From Azolla caroliniana (taxonomy: Eukaryota; Plantae; Polypodiophyta), in assembly GCA_043228905.1 (NCBI GenBank), contig JBHGNT010000003.1:4898001-4962000 (forward strand): a stretch of DNA of 64,000 nt, written 5' to 3'. Positions 12,588-23,555 of this stretch are shown in pieces; the stretch's first letter is position 1, and each line of letters opens with the position of its first letter. The notes beneath the pieces are model-generated. The model ran no database searches. It was not told the DNA's origin and was given only the letters and a program-made list of their open reading frames with translations. Both the position numbers and the translations under genes were made by a program.

Positions 12588-15368
12588 TTACGGAGAATCA
12601 CTACTATAACTAATATACAATGACGATTCCTCCTCATCATCCTCGGATGTACCAATCAGTGCATTATCTTCGTCATAAACCAAATGGTTTGACTCTAGAT
12701 TATATGTAGCAGATCTCGTTTGCCTTTGACTCGAGCCACCTTGTAGACCTGGTAATTTTTCTTTTATTATATCTATTGTTGACTTCCTTAATCGTCCGGC
12801 TTTTGTAAGTGTGAAGTCGTACACGATGATATCCACATCAGAGATATCAAGGGTCGAGGTGTTACGAATGTTTCGCTTCCTCTTCCTACCTCCCCTTCTT
12901 GTTTGGCATTCAATCATCTCCAATGTATACTTACCTGTAAAAGCATTTGCACTTCTAGTGTTGTACCAATGAACATTTATAGACTTGATCGTGTTTTCTA
13001 TTTCATGCATTAGCACTTCTAGAATTTTACCAACCCAAAATTGGTGGCCATGTGAGTTCTCATCAACCGGCGTTGCAATCAACATCCCCGCGGTGAGCTC
13101 TTGCAAATTTCCTTGCCATCTAGCTTCGGCTGCTTTGGTCATCCTTGGTCCCACATAAATGTCTCTTTGTTGTGGATGGACCAAGCTGTCATTAATCGCA
13201 TTTACTAGTTGCTCCGGACGTCTATTTACGCGATCATGTTGCAGCGACCATGTGAATGGCGTTTCCAAATTCCAATTATCAACAGATACACAATTGTCTA
13301 TAATTTCTTTCTGATCACTATAAAATACATCCCACCATGACGTGTCTTGTTGTGCGGCATATTTCTTGGCGGCCTCAATATGCTTTCTTTTTTCTTCTAA
13401 GGCTTGGAGCCATGACCGTTTTTGTTCTGATACCAAGTCGCTCTGCAACTGTCCTTTCTTCTCAATTGGCATTTGCTTAGCTCCATGGACAATTGTACTC
13501 GGCATACAAAGTAATAACTGGCAACCACCTTCAGGTTCCCATGTTGTAGAAGATGAATATTGTTTAGCATACAAAAGTGTAGAACCACTTATTCCATTTT
13601 TCTTTATAAAAAAAATGTGATTGAAACTTATATTGTTTAACTGAGCAAGCACTTTAACATTCCCACCACCCCCATCTAATATATATCTCTTAAATTCATA
13701 TACCTCCTTCAAGTGTAACACTTTTGGGCGTGGTGTATAAGCATCACAAATGACATCAAATAGTTTAGGTAAAGTGAAAGCATCATGCCGAGACAACTGT
13801 CTGGAGAATGTGCTAAACATCTTATCTATATGGTCATGTGTGTGGCCAACCAAAAGGAAATTGACTTTCACTTTCCTAAACAATTCTAGGTTGACCAACA
13901 TACTTAGATAGCCAAATACAGTTGAATTTTTGTTCTCTCTAGCAGTATTGTCCAATTGAATGTATAGAACAGGGGGGAAAGGTTGTCCCCAAGACATCAA
14001 AACTCGGTGAATCACTGTAACTGTTAGGTTAGGGTCATTGTGAACATTGGGGTAAGTAATGAAGACGTGAGGTCGAACAGACCTATTATAAGCCAAGCAT
14101 CCCACCAAGTGCATTTGAACAAGGCACTCATCATTGACATCTTTGGGGAGCCTCCGCATATGCGGCAAGCATGTCTTCTTCTGGTCCATGCCATCTATCA
14201 TTAAGCGCATGTATTGTTCGGGCCTTTTCAAACACTTCTCTCTATGATGCATCGCCTTCCTTTGTTCTAAGGATTGTGCCTCACGATGCTCTTGTAGTAA
14301 CTTCTTACTCGTATCCTTTTCCATTGATGTCTTTGCACCTTTAGCCAAACTTTTAAGATTTGCACAAATGTAGCAATACCCCATACGTACTTTACGAGGA
14401 ATAATAACATTTGAAAACCGAGCTCTCCATAATCTTGTGAATTGGCTATATGTGATAGACTTATTACGTGAGCCCAGCATATCAGATCCATAGACATCAT
14501 AAACTTCCCGACGTGTATAATTATCAGAAAGATGCATCCTACCTGTAGTGGGCATTACTTCACAATTTAACTGAAAGTAAGTTTTCATCCAGCCAATAGC
14601 TAGTCTTCCAATTGCACCTTTCACACTTGGAACCTCTTTACAATTGAGCATCTGATCCCCGCTAAGTAGACGTTGTTGTACTCTATGTAGCCGCATGTTA
14701 CTAACACATAACGCAATTTTGAATGCAACTCTACATATCTGTTGCGCATGGAAGATATAATACTCGAATGATACTTTGATCCCCGTACATTTGTCAAATA
14801 CTAGTTGCATATGTGACCCGAGGTAAGTGTCTTGCTCATCACCGGTCATCGAAAAATAGTATCGCCTTAATTCTCGCAACTTTGATTTTCCAATCATAGA
14901 CATACAACCACAGGCACAACATATTTTGTTGACATCAAATCCAATCTGTTTATCTGATGTCACCAAGCTAAATCTAGCTAGACGAATTCTTCGTGGGATT
15001 CTTCTAATATGCATAGGGCTCCCAGATTTCTCTTCCTGCATAGAGGTTGGTGTAACCTTGTTACAGTCTAATTCTTTGTTGTGACCATCGCCAATGTTAT
15101 TCAATGTTTCCTGGGCACTTCCTTCATTCTCGGTATCTTTATTAATATCGTATTCTTCAATAGAGAACTCTTCACATGTGTCATTATTTACATTCCCTGT
15201 AGATGAGCTCAGACAATATTCTTCGATAGAATATGGTGAGTCGGTCGACAGACAATATTCTTCAATCGAATATGGTGACTCTGTTGACAAACAATACTCT
15301 TCAGTAGAAAACGATGGGTCTGATGACAAACAATATTCTTCAATCGAGAACGGTGAATCTTCACTCAT
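12588..15368 (-). CDS. Putative DDE transposase, Sola1-related / DUF7869-like, 926 aa, uninterrupted
   Basis: Cys/His motif CYICANLK...EH; acidic catalytic candidates in IDGMDQKKTCLPH, YIQLDNTARENKN and FLLVGHTHDHIDKMFS; lies between TIRs. Superfamily assignment is from motif recall. Confidence 0.8.
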   Translation of the reverse strand: MSEDSPFSIEEYCLSSDPSFSTEEYCLSTESPYSIEEYCLSTDSPYSIEEYCLSSSTGNVNNDTCEEFSIEEYDINKDTENEGSAQETLNNIGDGHNKELDCNKVTPTSMQEEKSGSPMHIRRIPRRIRLARFSLVTSDKQIGFDVNKICCACGCMSMIGKSKLRELRRYYFSMTGDEQDTYLGSHMQLVFDKCTGIKVSFEYYIFHAQQICRVAFKIALCVSNMRLHRVQQRLLSGDQMLNCKEVPSVKGAIGRLAIGWMKTYFQLNCEVMPTTGRMHLSDNYTRREVYDVYGSDMLGSRNKSITYSQFTRLWRARFSNVIIPRKVRMGYCYICANLKSLAKGAKTSMEKDTSKKLLQEHREAQSLEQRKAMHHREKCLKRPEQYMRLMIDGMDQKKTCLPHMRRLPKDVNDECLVQMHLVGCLAYNRSVRPHVFITYPNVHNDPNLTVTVIHRVLMSWGQPFPPVLYIQLDNTARENKNSTVFGYLSMLVNLELFRKVKVNFLLVGHTHDHIDKMFSTFSRQLSRHDAFTLPKLFDVICDAYTPRPKVLHLKEVYEFKRYILDGGGGNVKVLAQLNNISFNHIFFIKKNGISGSTLLYAKQYSSSTTWEPEGGCQLLLCMPSTIVHGAKQMPIEKKGQLQSDLVSEQKRSWLQALEEKRKHIEAAKKYAAQQDTSWWDVFYSDQKEIIDNCVSVDNWNLETPFTWSLQHDRVNRRPEQLVNAINDSLVHPQQRDIYVGPRMTKAAEARWQGNLQELTAGMLIATPVDENSHGHQFWVGKILEVLMHEIENTIKSINVHWYNTRSANAFTGKYTLEMIECQTRRGGRKRKRNIRNTSTLDISDVDIIVYDFTLTKAGRLRKSTIDIIKEKLPGLQGGSSQRQTRSATYNLESNHLVYDEDNALIGTSEDDEEESSLYISYSSDSP

Positions 15369-16069
15369 GGCTTAAGGTCTAGAGAGGGCTCTCTAAGTTA
15401 TAGGCTTAGGGTAAGGAAAAAAACTAATAAGCTCCTCTCTAAACATATACTCCTCTCTAAACATAAACTTCTCTCTAAACAAAAGCCAAATCAATAGAAT
15501 GTCTATATTATGTAATATTCTATTAATACAATACATCAAAAAATTATTTTTAATAAAGTAATTGTACTTAAAATATCAATTATTATATAAACTAGATCTA
15601 TATAAAGTTAAATCAAGTAAAATATAAAACTAATCATTAACAAGCCATGAATATGTTGGATTAATGTTAAAATCATTGGCTAATTAATGGCACCCATTTT
15701 GATATAGAACGTCTCACTCATTGGTTCTTTAATGCTCACCATTTTAAATATTAGACTTATCAATCATTGGTTAATTTATGCCCACATCTTTAATACACAA
15801 CATTTGAGAGTCATAAAAATTGTTGCTTTTAGTAATCAATCATTGGTACATTCATGAACCTCTATCATTGTCTCATTCATAACCTTTGAAGTCATTGTAG
15901 GTTGTTATGACTATAAAAGATTGATCAATATGGTAGTTTGACTTTGTAATCATTAATACAATCATAAGTTCCTCTAGTTAATGTGACTATGGTTACCAAC
16001 TAACTATCCTCAAAGTTACCAACCTTGGTTAAGGTGACTATGGTTACTTTAACCAATGTGTTCAATCCC

Positions 16070-16076
16070 TATAAAT
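16070..16076 (+). promoter_or_regulatory. TATA box of the ParB-MTase gene
   Basis: CCCTATAAATAGG about 140 bp upstream of the ATG at 16212; followed by a 9-bp CAGAGC(G/A)(T/C)A repeat in the putative 5' UTR. Confidence 0.55.
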
Positions 16077-16211
16077 AGGAAGACCTCGTCATATTTCACT
16101 CACCAGAGCGTACAGAGCGTACAGAACGTACAGAGCACACAGAGCACACAAAGCACACAGAGCACAAAGCACGAAAGCGCGATCTTCGCCTCCACTTCCA
16201 CACGATCAACC

Positions 16212-19200
16212 ATGTCTTCAAAGAGAATCGAGCGCGAGGACTCCAGGTAGGCCTCTGACACTGTGGACATTTTTGTAAATATGTTTCGTTTCTCAAGAAC
16301 TCGATACGCCATATCGAGTTCATGTATACAATACAAATATTTATACATGAACTCGATACGGCGTATCGAGTTCATAATTTAATTTTGCTTTTTATACAGG
16401 AACTCGATACGCCGTATCGAGTTCGTGTTTAAAGTTTGGATTTTAAACAGGAACTCGATACGCCGTATCGAGTTCCTGTATATAAGAAGGCTTTGAGAGA
16501 GAAAAATTGTATTTTTGGGGTAACAAATAATTTTGGGATGGAAAAGATATCAAATTGTCTGGCAAAATCAGTCTTTTTATGTTGGCTTTCCTTACTTTTA
16601 AAAAAAAACATGCTCTAATTATAGGTGTTTGATGACCTACTTTAGCTTAAAATAGTAGAAAATGATCCACAAATTGCCTTTACGATAGCAAATTCTCGTC
16701 AATATAGGTTTGGAATCTATATAAGTCATACCTACTATTTAAAAGAATATATAACCCTTTTTACTTATTACGATATATATTTTCTAGGTTGAATAGCCCT
16801 GCCTATAATAGATTTTTGAATATAGGATTGCTCCTGGGAACTGTTCTTCATGTTAATATGCAACCTTAATCTACGTGACTACCTAACTTATGTTTTTGCA
16901 TATACTTTCTTAAATAGGTCGTTTGAAAACCTGTCGGACCGACCGGTGAAGAAAATAAAGCTTCGCATACAAGGTTCTCCAATCGAAGCCCAGACCAAGG
17001 TAGCTCCTGAGACCATGAAGAGAGGAAAAAAGCTTCTCTTTAACGAAGAGACAAAATCTCAGCCACATAGTGATGTTAGCCAAAAGAAACTTGTCGCCAC
17101 TACTGGAGGTGAAGACCTTCCTGACCGAGATCTAACGGATAAGGAATGGTGTATGCAATATGTCGACTCAAAGAAAAAAGTCGTATTGTATACAGCAAAG
17201 AAGAAGGGTGAGGGGCAGCTTGGAAAGGAAACCCCATTTATGTATAGCCGTATTCTACGATTTGACTACGAAGATGCAGATTTGGCCAACATACTGGTAA
17301 TGATAGAGTGCTCCAAGGGGGTACGTAAAGTGTTCCTTTCAGAAGACCTTTTAGTAAAGGAATCTTGTGGGCCAGAAGTGTTCAAAAAAGCACTTGATAG
17401 CTCACAAAACCTTATTGTTACCTTGAGGCCTTATATACAAGGCCATGTAACTCTAAGAGATGAAGTGCCCTCCCCATTGAAGCCAACAAAAAAGGTTTCC
17501 AAAGTCCAGTCAAGACCAGCAAAGAAGAAGACAACGAAAATGTCGGATACGGATTCAACAAGTGAAAACGAAGAGGAGGATAATAAGGGGATGCCAGGAG
17601 CTGAGCTGGCCTCGGGTGTTTTGTCATCCGAGCAGAATAAAATAAGGAGAGAGTTAATGCAACGGAAGCTGGTCAGGAAAGGGCAAGTATTTAATTTGCC
17701 TATAACACACATCCATCGGCCCCCTATTGATGAAAAAACAGGTCGAAGACCACTTGAGATTAGAGAGCCTCACCACATGCATGTTCAAAATCTCAAGAAA
17801 AAAATGAAAATTAATCCTCATGCCACTGTGGTGCCTTTTATTGTTATGGTAGATCCTGAAGAATGTGAAACCATTGAAGATTTTGATATTAGAAAACATG
17901 ATCAATATAATTATTTTGTCATTGGTGGATCGCATTCAGCAGAGGCACGTCGGCAACTTGTGAGAGAACATCCAACCACTTTCTTCTTCAAGTATGCCGA
18001 GTGCAAAATTTATGTTGGGCTCACAACCGAGGAGGCTAAGCTGTTGGCATGGGACCATAATAATGATAATGACTATAGGCAGAAAATGTCGTCCATTGAG
18101 CGTATACGGTTCTTCCACCACGAGTATTTAGATGTGAAACAAAAGTTTGGTGTGAAGTTACATCCAGGCCTTCGACGTCAATGTCTGCATGAAGTCGGCA
18201 TTGTGGTAGATGATAATGTTAGGTCCGATGGTCTTCGAAAGTATGAGTCTTGGTTTCAATTGGCGTTTAGAGATGGAGAAGTATGGGACCTACAAGATCA
18301 AATTTTCTCAATGTGGGAGAATAAGGAGGTAAAGGGTCAACGACAAAAGAAATGTAGGGTTGACCCTCAACTAGAGTTAAAGTCACAAGCCGCCAAGAAA
18401 ATTGACTTGACAATTGAAGAAGCGGCAGATGACATGAAGCTGTCTCTATGGAGAGCGATGCAAGGTATTAAGGATGAGCAGCTTCTTGTGTTGGTTTTGT
18501 CAAGGGTTGTGGCGAAAGATTTAAGCCTTGAAGAAATGGTCACTGAGTTCAATAAGTAAGTCCCTCAAATACTAAAATTGTAGTCTATCTGGTGTAATTC
18601 AAAGTTCTAATCTTGATTTCTAATTTTACAGTCATAAGGTGTACATGAAGATCCAAGAAGTTATGATGAAACAACTTGGATGTATAACTTGGGAACAAGT
18701 GACCGAGGATTATCCTCTAACGTCTTCGTATAAGGCGTTATCAGAGTATTTTATTGCATTCAAGGATTGGGTTAGTATTCATGTTTTTTCATTACCCTTT
18801 CATCATATGTAGAGCTTGTATAATAATACCTAATGTCCTATTGCTTCTATTAGAAACCGTGTCGAGGCAAGAAACAAGGAGAAGTTAAGGATATACACGA
18901 TTTCCCTACATCCTTCCTTGCACATCTCGAACGAGCCAGAAAAGAAAAGGATCGTCGCTTAGTCAAGGCGTACGAAATGGAGGAAGATGGCTCCTTTAAA
19001 ATATTTAGCCACAAAAAAGATATTACAAGAGATCTTTACTACAATGTGGTTTGCGGTGATGTCATCGACTTGATCCAGAAGGTGCCAAAGAAGGAATATA
19101 CGCTAATGATTGCGTATATTCCTTACGGATTTCGAATGGTTGGGTCATCATACGACGATGAACCGTTTAGGTTTAAACAATTGGAGAAGATGGTCAAGGA

Positions 19201-20143
19201 TTTCGCTGAGCTAACGACCGCATCCTTGTGGCGAATAGTTGTCTTTCATAGTATGGACCAAGGGTACTCGGTAGCTCAAGCTTTGAGATCTCGTTGCCAT
19301 GGCATCGAGAACCTTGCATGGTAAGGATTATTTATAGGTGTCTTTCACTATATTGCATTTCTTAAGGTTGTTGAATCTATTCTTAACTCGATGAATTATT
19401 TTTTATAGGATCAAGACCAATGTAAATAGAGGGCCAACTTTTCGGTTCGTTAATGCCATTGAATACATAACGGTTGGCTACTTCGATGAAATTAAGAAAC
19501 AGAGAATCAAAGAGCATTCTAATGAAGTGGGAGGTTCAAATCTGTTGGTATATCCAGCAGTGACTCGGAAATTGCGACATGTCACCACGACAGAACGGGG
19601 ACTTGTCAACCCATACCAAAAACCTCAACGACTTATGATGCGCTTGATCGAGATGTTTTCTATCAAAGGAGACTAGATATTAGATCTCTTTTCTGGCACA
19701 AGTATTCCTCGAACTAGGGTAACGATCTTGAGATAACCAATCACTTTTTTTTCATTTGACAACTAAATCTTCTTGTTACTTACATCACAGGAACTACGTC
19801 AGCATGTGCATTGAAGCTGTTTAGAAATACAGTTGCATTGGAGAAGGACGAGGACCAAGTTATATTTATTAATATGCGGATTAAGGCTTTGTGGGAGTGC
19901 CCAGACCAGGATGAGGAGGTCGGTGCAAAGAACCTCGCCAATACAGAAAGGTTTCAACCTGCTTCGCGAGAGCCTATTCCTCCGTTAGCCGGCGAACTGG
20001 GGGAGCTAATAGAGCTTGATGATGAGCTTATAGAAGATATTTCGTTGGCTCGGCTAACAGGGGAAACCAATGCACGTATAGCCGAAGACAGTTCTACACA
20101 AGATGATGAAGAAAATGACGTTGATGAATTGATTGCTATGTAA
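16212..20143 (+). pseudogene. Six-exon gene for a ParB/Srx-like domain + beta-class N4C/N6A DNA methyltransferase fusion (~974 codons; one in-frame stop)
   Basis: Exons 16212-16246, 16918-18555, 18632-18770, 18854-19320, 19409-19701, 19791-20143; all GT-AG and phase-compatible (2925 nt). ParB-like: LPITHIHRPP..IREPHHMHVQNLKKKM..PFIVMVDP..YFVIGGSHSAEARRQL..CKIYVGLTTEEAKLLAWDHN..MSSIERIRFF. MTase: VVCGDVIDLI..LMIA[Y]IPYG (motif IV), NLAWIK, AIEYITVG, NPYQKPQRLMMRLIEMFSIKGD*ILDLFSGT[R]TTSACALKLFRNTVALEKD (motifs X, I, II). TAG at 19674-19676. Confidence 0.85.
16297..16475. repeat. Array of four 25-bp palindromes GAACTCGATACG-N-CGTATCGAGTTC with 26-27-bp AT-rich spacers
   Basis: Copies at 16297-16321 (one mismatch), 16349-16373, 16400-16424, 16451-16475; periods 52/51/51 bp; located in intron 1 of the ParB-MTase gene. 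Confidence 0.95.
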
Positions 20144-21155
20144 TAGACTCTATGAAGAATATGACACTGACGATTTGTTAAGATTTCACATTTTTAATAC
20201 AAATTTTGGGTTTTACCTAGTGGATTCTATTCTTTATAATCTTCTATATGTTTCAATTTTATTTTTATATACTTGATTAGTAGATTTATGACATTGGTTT
20301 CACCGCGTGCATAGCTGACTACCAAACTTATGGAGAAACATGAACTAGTTTAAATGGAGGCTGATTTTGGTCCAAGCTAACCTTAACAGAACATGGCCCT
20401 ATAATTGTTGCCATGACTGTCCATGTTGTTATTATGGATCTTTGTCTTCTATTGTTAAAACTATTATGTTTCTATTCCATTGCTGCTTAGATTGTGTAGT
20501 GTGTTGATAATGGTTCCAGTTGCGTTATCGTTCGGAGTTTGATCTTGTGTGAATCACCTAAGCAATAGAGTAGACCAATTTTAAATACAGGTATGAAAGC
20601 CTAATAGGTTTGTTATTTCCACGACCTTATCCTAAAGTTCACTGCCTTACATTGTGCACAATTATATACACATATGGTTTGATCCCATATGAACAAACTG
20701 AGGAATAGATTAGATCAACTTTAAATACAAGTATTGAATACTTTAATAAGTTAGTTATTCCAATCACTTATCCTAATGTGCACTATCCTACATTTTCCAC
20801 AATTACATACATGCACGTATGGGTCAAAGTATAAATTATATCTCATTTTATTAGTATGGATACAAGTACACCTCATATTTTTGTAAAACTTACCTAATTA
20901 ATATAAGTCTTTAAGTTAGTCTTTCCCTTGTCGCACAGTAGTGCCATATTGAGCCATAGTTGAACTTTATTATGCCTACATTAACTTATCAACATGTCTA
21001 AACTTGCATGATTTCTAATGATCTCCACTCGTAGATCTATCATGTATTTTTATATTTGCAAATTCTGATCAAGTTGAGGAACATGTGATACTAGTGCATC
21101 CAATTTTTGTAGAGAGGGTGTATTTGCTTCGTTTTAAGAAGATTCTACAAGTGGA

Positions 21156-21191
21156 ATGCGCAATCCTTCCACTTGTGAACGCGAACGTGTT
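21156..21191 (-). repeat. Right TIR of nested transposon
   Basis: ATGCGCAATCCTTCCACTTGTGAACGCGAACGTGTT; an additional inverted ACAAGTGGAA begins at ~21147. Confidence 0.95.
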
Positions 21192-21595
21192 TTTAATACA
21201 TTAGCTAAATGGTAGCTAAATAGTTTATTACAGTATATAATTACCTAAGTGGTAGGTAATTAGCTACTAGCATAGTTTAATACAATAGCTAATTAGCTAA
21301 GTGGTAGCTAATTAGCTACCATCATAGTTTAGTACAATAGCTAATTAGCGAAGTGGTAGCTAATTAGCTACTACCATAGTTTAGTACAATAGCTAATTAG
21401 CTACTAGCATACTCTACTAATTAGCTATTTTGATATACTTAGGGAGCTAATTAGCTATTACTAGTAGCTAGTTAGCTATGGGCATATTTTGAGGTAGGTA
21501 ATTAGCTATTCGGTTATGGTCATATTCAGAGGTAGCTAATAAGCTAACTAACTAAGCTCAAAAGTCAAAACAAATGTTGAGATAAATGTAAATAC

Positions 21596-22360
21596 TTGAG
21601 GTACATCAAGAAGATGAATGGGATGCTCCTCGCATTGACTCCTTCCAACATGTTTCCTACATAAATCCTTCTTGGTGGGTGAAACCCTACTCTCATTAGT
21701 CCAAAATATTGTGATTATATCCTTGATTTCTGATGTTATGGCTATCATTGGCTTACATCTTGTTGTTAGCTTTAGCAGACTAGTTCCTTCACCCGAGGAA
21801 ACTATTCGGTTCAATGTATTGTACACACTTTTTCTACTAACACCAATTACCTTAGATAGCACACAGATGTTAATATCGTCAACATCACTATTAAGTAACA
21901 TCATTAGACTAGACCTTTTTAAGACAAGATCATCTTCTGACCTGCTCATGGATACGAAACTATTACAAAGATTATTTACTAGTACAGATGTTATGTTTGC
22001 ATTATGACCATCACAATCAACTAACTCCTTTATCGATGGATCATTTAATATTCCATAAAGTACTACCTTCTTGTCTTCATTGCTGATGTGCTTAGTTTGA
22101 GCATTGAAATAGTCTACATCCTTTCTCTCTATGATAGTAGTCTCATTACTTCCATTCTCAGTGATATTTAGACCTATATCCCAACCAATACTACCTTTAC
22201 CTTTAGTAAGTGTGGCTTTCGTATCCTTCAACAATTGACAATGTTTTCTTCTTCTTTTTCTGCCCAATACTTTCGTATCGCTTGTTGTGTCATGATAGCG
22301 TCATCCCTATCTTGATGATCATTGAGGGGTAATTCTAAACACCCTCCTTCCCCTTCCATT
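21596..22360 (-). pseudogene. First exon of the Sola2-like transposase, copy B
   Basis: ORF 21548-22267 is near-identical to the 2439-3132 fragments of copy A. Confidence 0.75.
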
Positions 22361-22514
22361 TGGCTTGACAAGTTTAAACCCTAATTTTCCCGAAAAAAAG
22401 ACACGTATTAAAGATGGCTATGGGCAACAACTATACACAAAAATATTCCGCAATACACAAGATTATACAGAACAATACACAAGATAATCAATAGACAGAA
22501 TAGTTATTCAAATC

Positions 22515-23555
22515 CAAGATCGAACAATGGCGGTAATCTAGGCCCGAATAGTGGCGGCAACTGAGTGTAGAATGGCGGTAGTGGAGGAGTGAACTCCGTT
22601 TGATCGAACTGTTTTGACAATCCAGGACCGAACAATGGCGGCAACTGAGTGTAGAATGGCGGTAGTGGAGGAGTGAACTCCGTTTGATCGAACTGTTTTG
22701 ACAATCCAGGACCGAACAATGGCGGCAATTGAGTGTAGAAGGATGGCAATGGAGGAGTGAATTCCGTCGGATCGAACAATGGCAAATGGTGCTTGGGACG
22801 CACAGTGACGACAACTGAGAGTAGAATGGCAACAGTGGAGAAGGAATGAACTCCTTTGGATAAAAAAGTGGCCGCAATACACCACCGAACAGTAGTGGCA
22901 ACTAAGTGTAGAATGATGGCAATGGATGAGTGAACTCCGTCAAATCGAACAGTGGCAGATGATGCTTGGAACACACAGTGACGACAACTGTGACTACAAT
23001 GGCGGCAGTGGAGAAGGAGTGAACTCTCTCAGATCGAAAAGTGGCAGTAATACACAACCGAACAGTAGTGGCAACTAAGTGTAGAATGATGGCAATGGAT
23101 GACTGAACTCCGTCAAATCGAAAAGTGGCAGCAATCCAAGACCAGTCACCGAATAGTAGCGGCAACTGAGTGTAGAATGATGGCAATGGAGGAGTGAACT
23201 CCGTCAGATCGAACATTGGTAGATGATGCTTGGAACGCACAGTGATGGAAATTGAGAGTAGAATGGTGGCAGTGGAGAAGGAGTTAACTCAGTCAGATCG
23301 AAAAGTGGCAGTAATATACGAACTTCACAGTAGCGGCAACTGAGTGTACAATGGCGGTAATGGAGGAGTGAACTTGGCAGATGATGCTTGTATTGAACAA
23401 TGGCCACAACTGAGTGTAGAATGGCGGCAATGGAAGAGTGAACTCCGTCGGATCGAACAGTGGCAGATGATACTTAGACCACTCAATGTCGGTAACTAAG
23501 TGTAGAATGGCGGCTATGGAGGAGTGGACTCAATAGGGTTTAGCAACAGTGGTAG
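22515..23555. repeat. ~85-bp degenerate tandem repeat of Sola2-like copy B
   Basis: Same array as 3385-4335 with one extra near-perfect 85-bp unit (~22550-22720). Confidence 0.88.

Larger units (their letters stand above)
12230..21191. mobile_element. Full-length TIR DNA transposon (8,962 bp) carrying a DDE transposase and a ParB-like/DNA amino-methyltransferase gene
   Basis: 36-bp TIRs AACACGTTCGCGTTCACAAGTGGAAGGAT(C/T)GCGCAT at 12230-12265 and 21156-21191 (one mismatch). TTTA duplicated at 12226-12229 and 21192-21195; the empty site CATAG-TTTA-ATACA is visible in copy A at ~2012-2025. A 2-bp TT TSD with 37-bp TIRs is an equally consistent parse. Confidence 0.93.

Noticed and set aside
16297-16475. 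CRISPR array
   Set aside because: Repeat-spacer geometry is similar, but the context is a eukaryotic intron with no cas genes, the repeats are full palindromes, and the spacers are AT-rich and partly related to each other.
16850-16917. ORF-track start MLICNLNL for the 569-aa ORF
   Set aside because: Intronic; an upstream exon (16212-16246) splices in frame at 16918.
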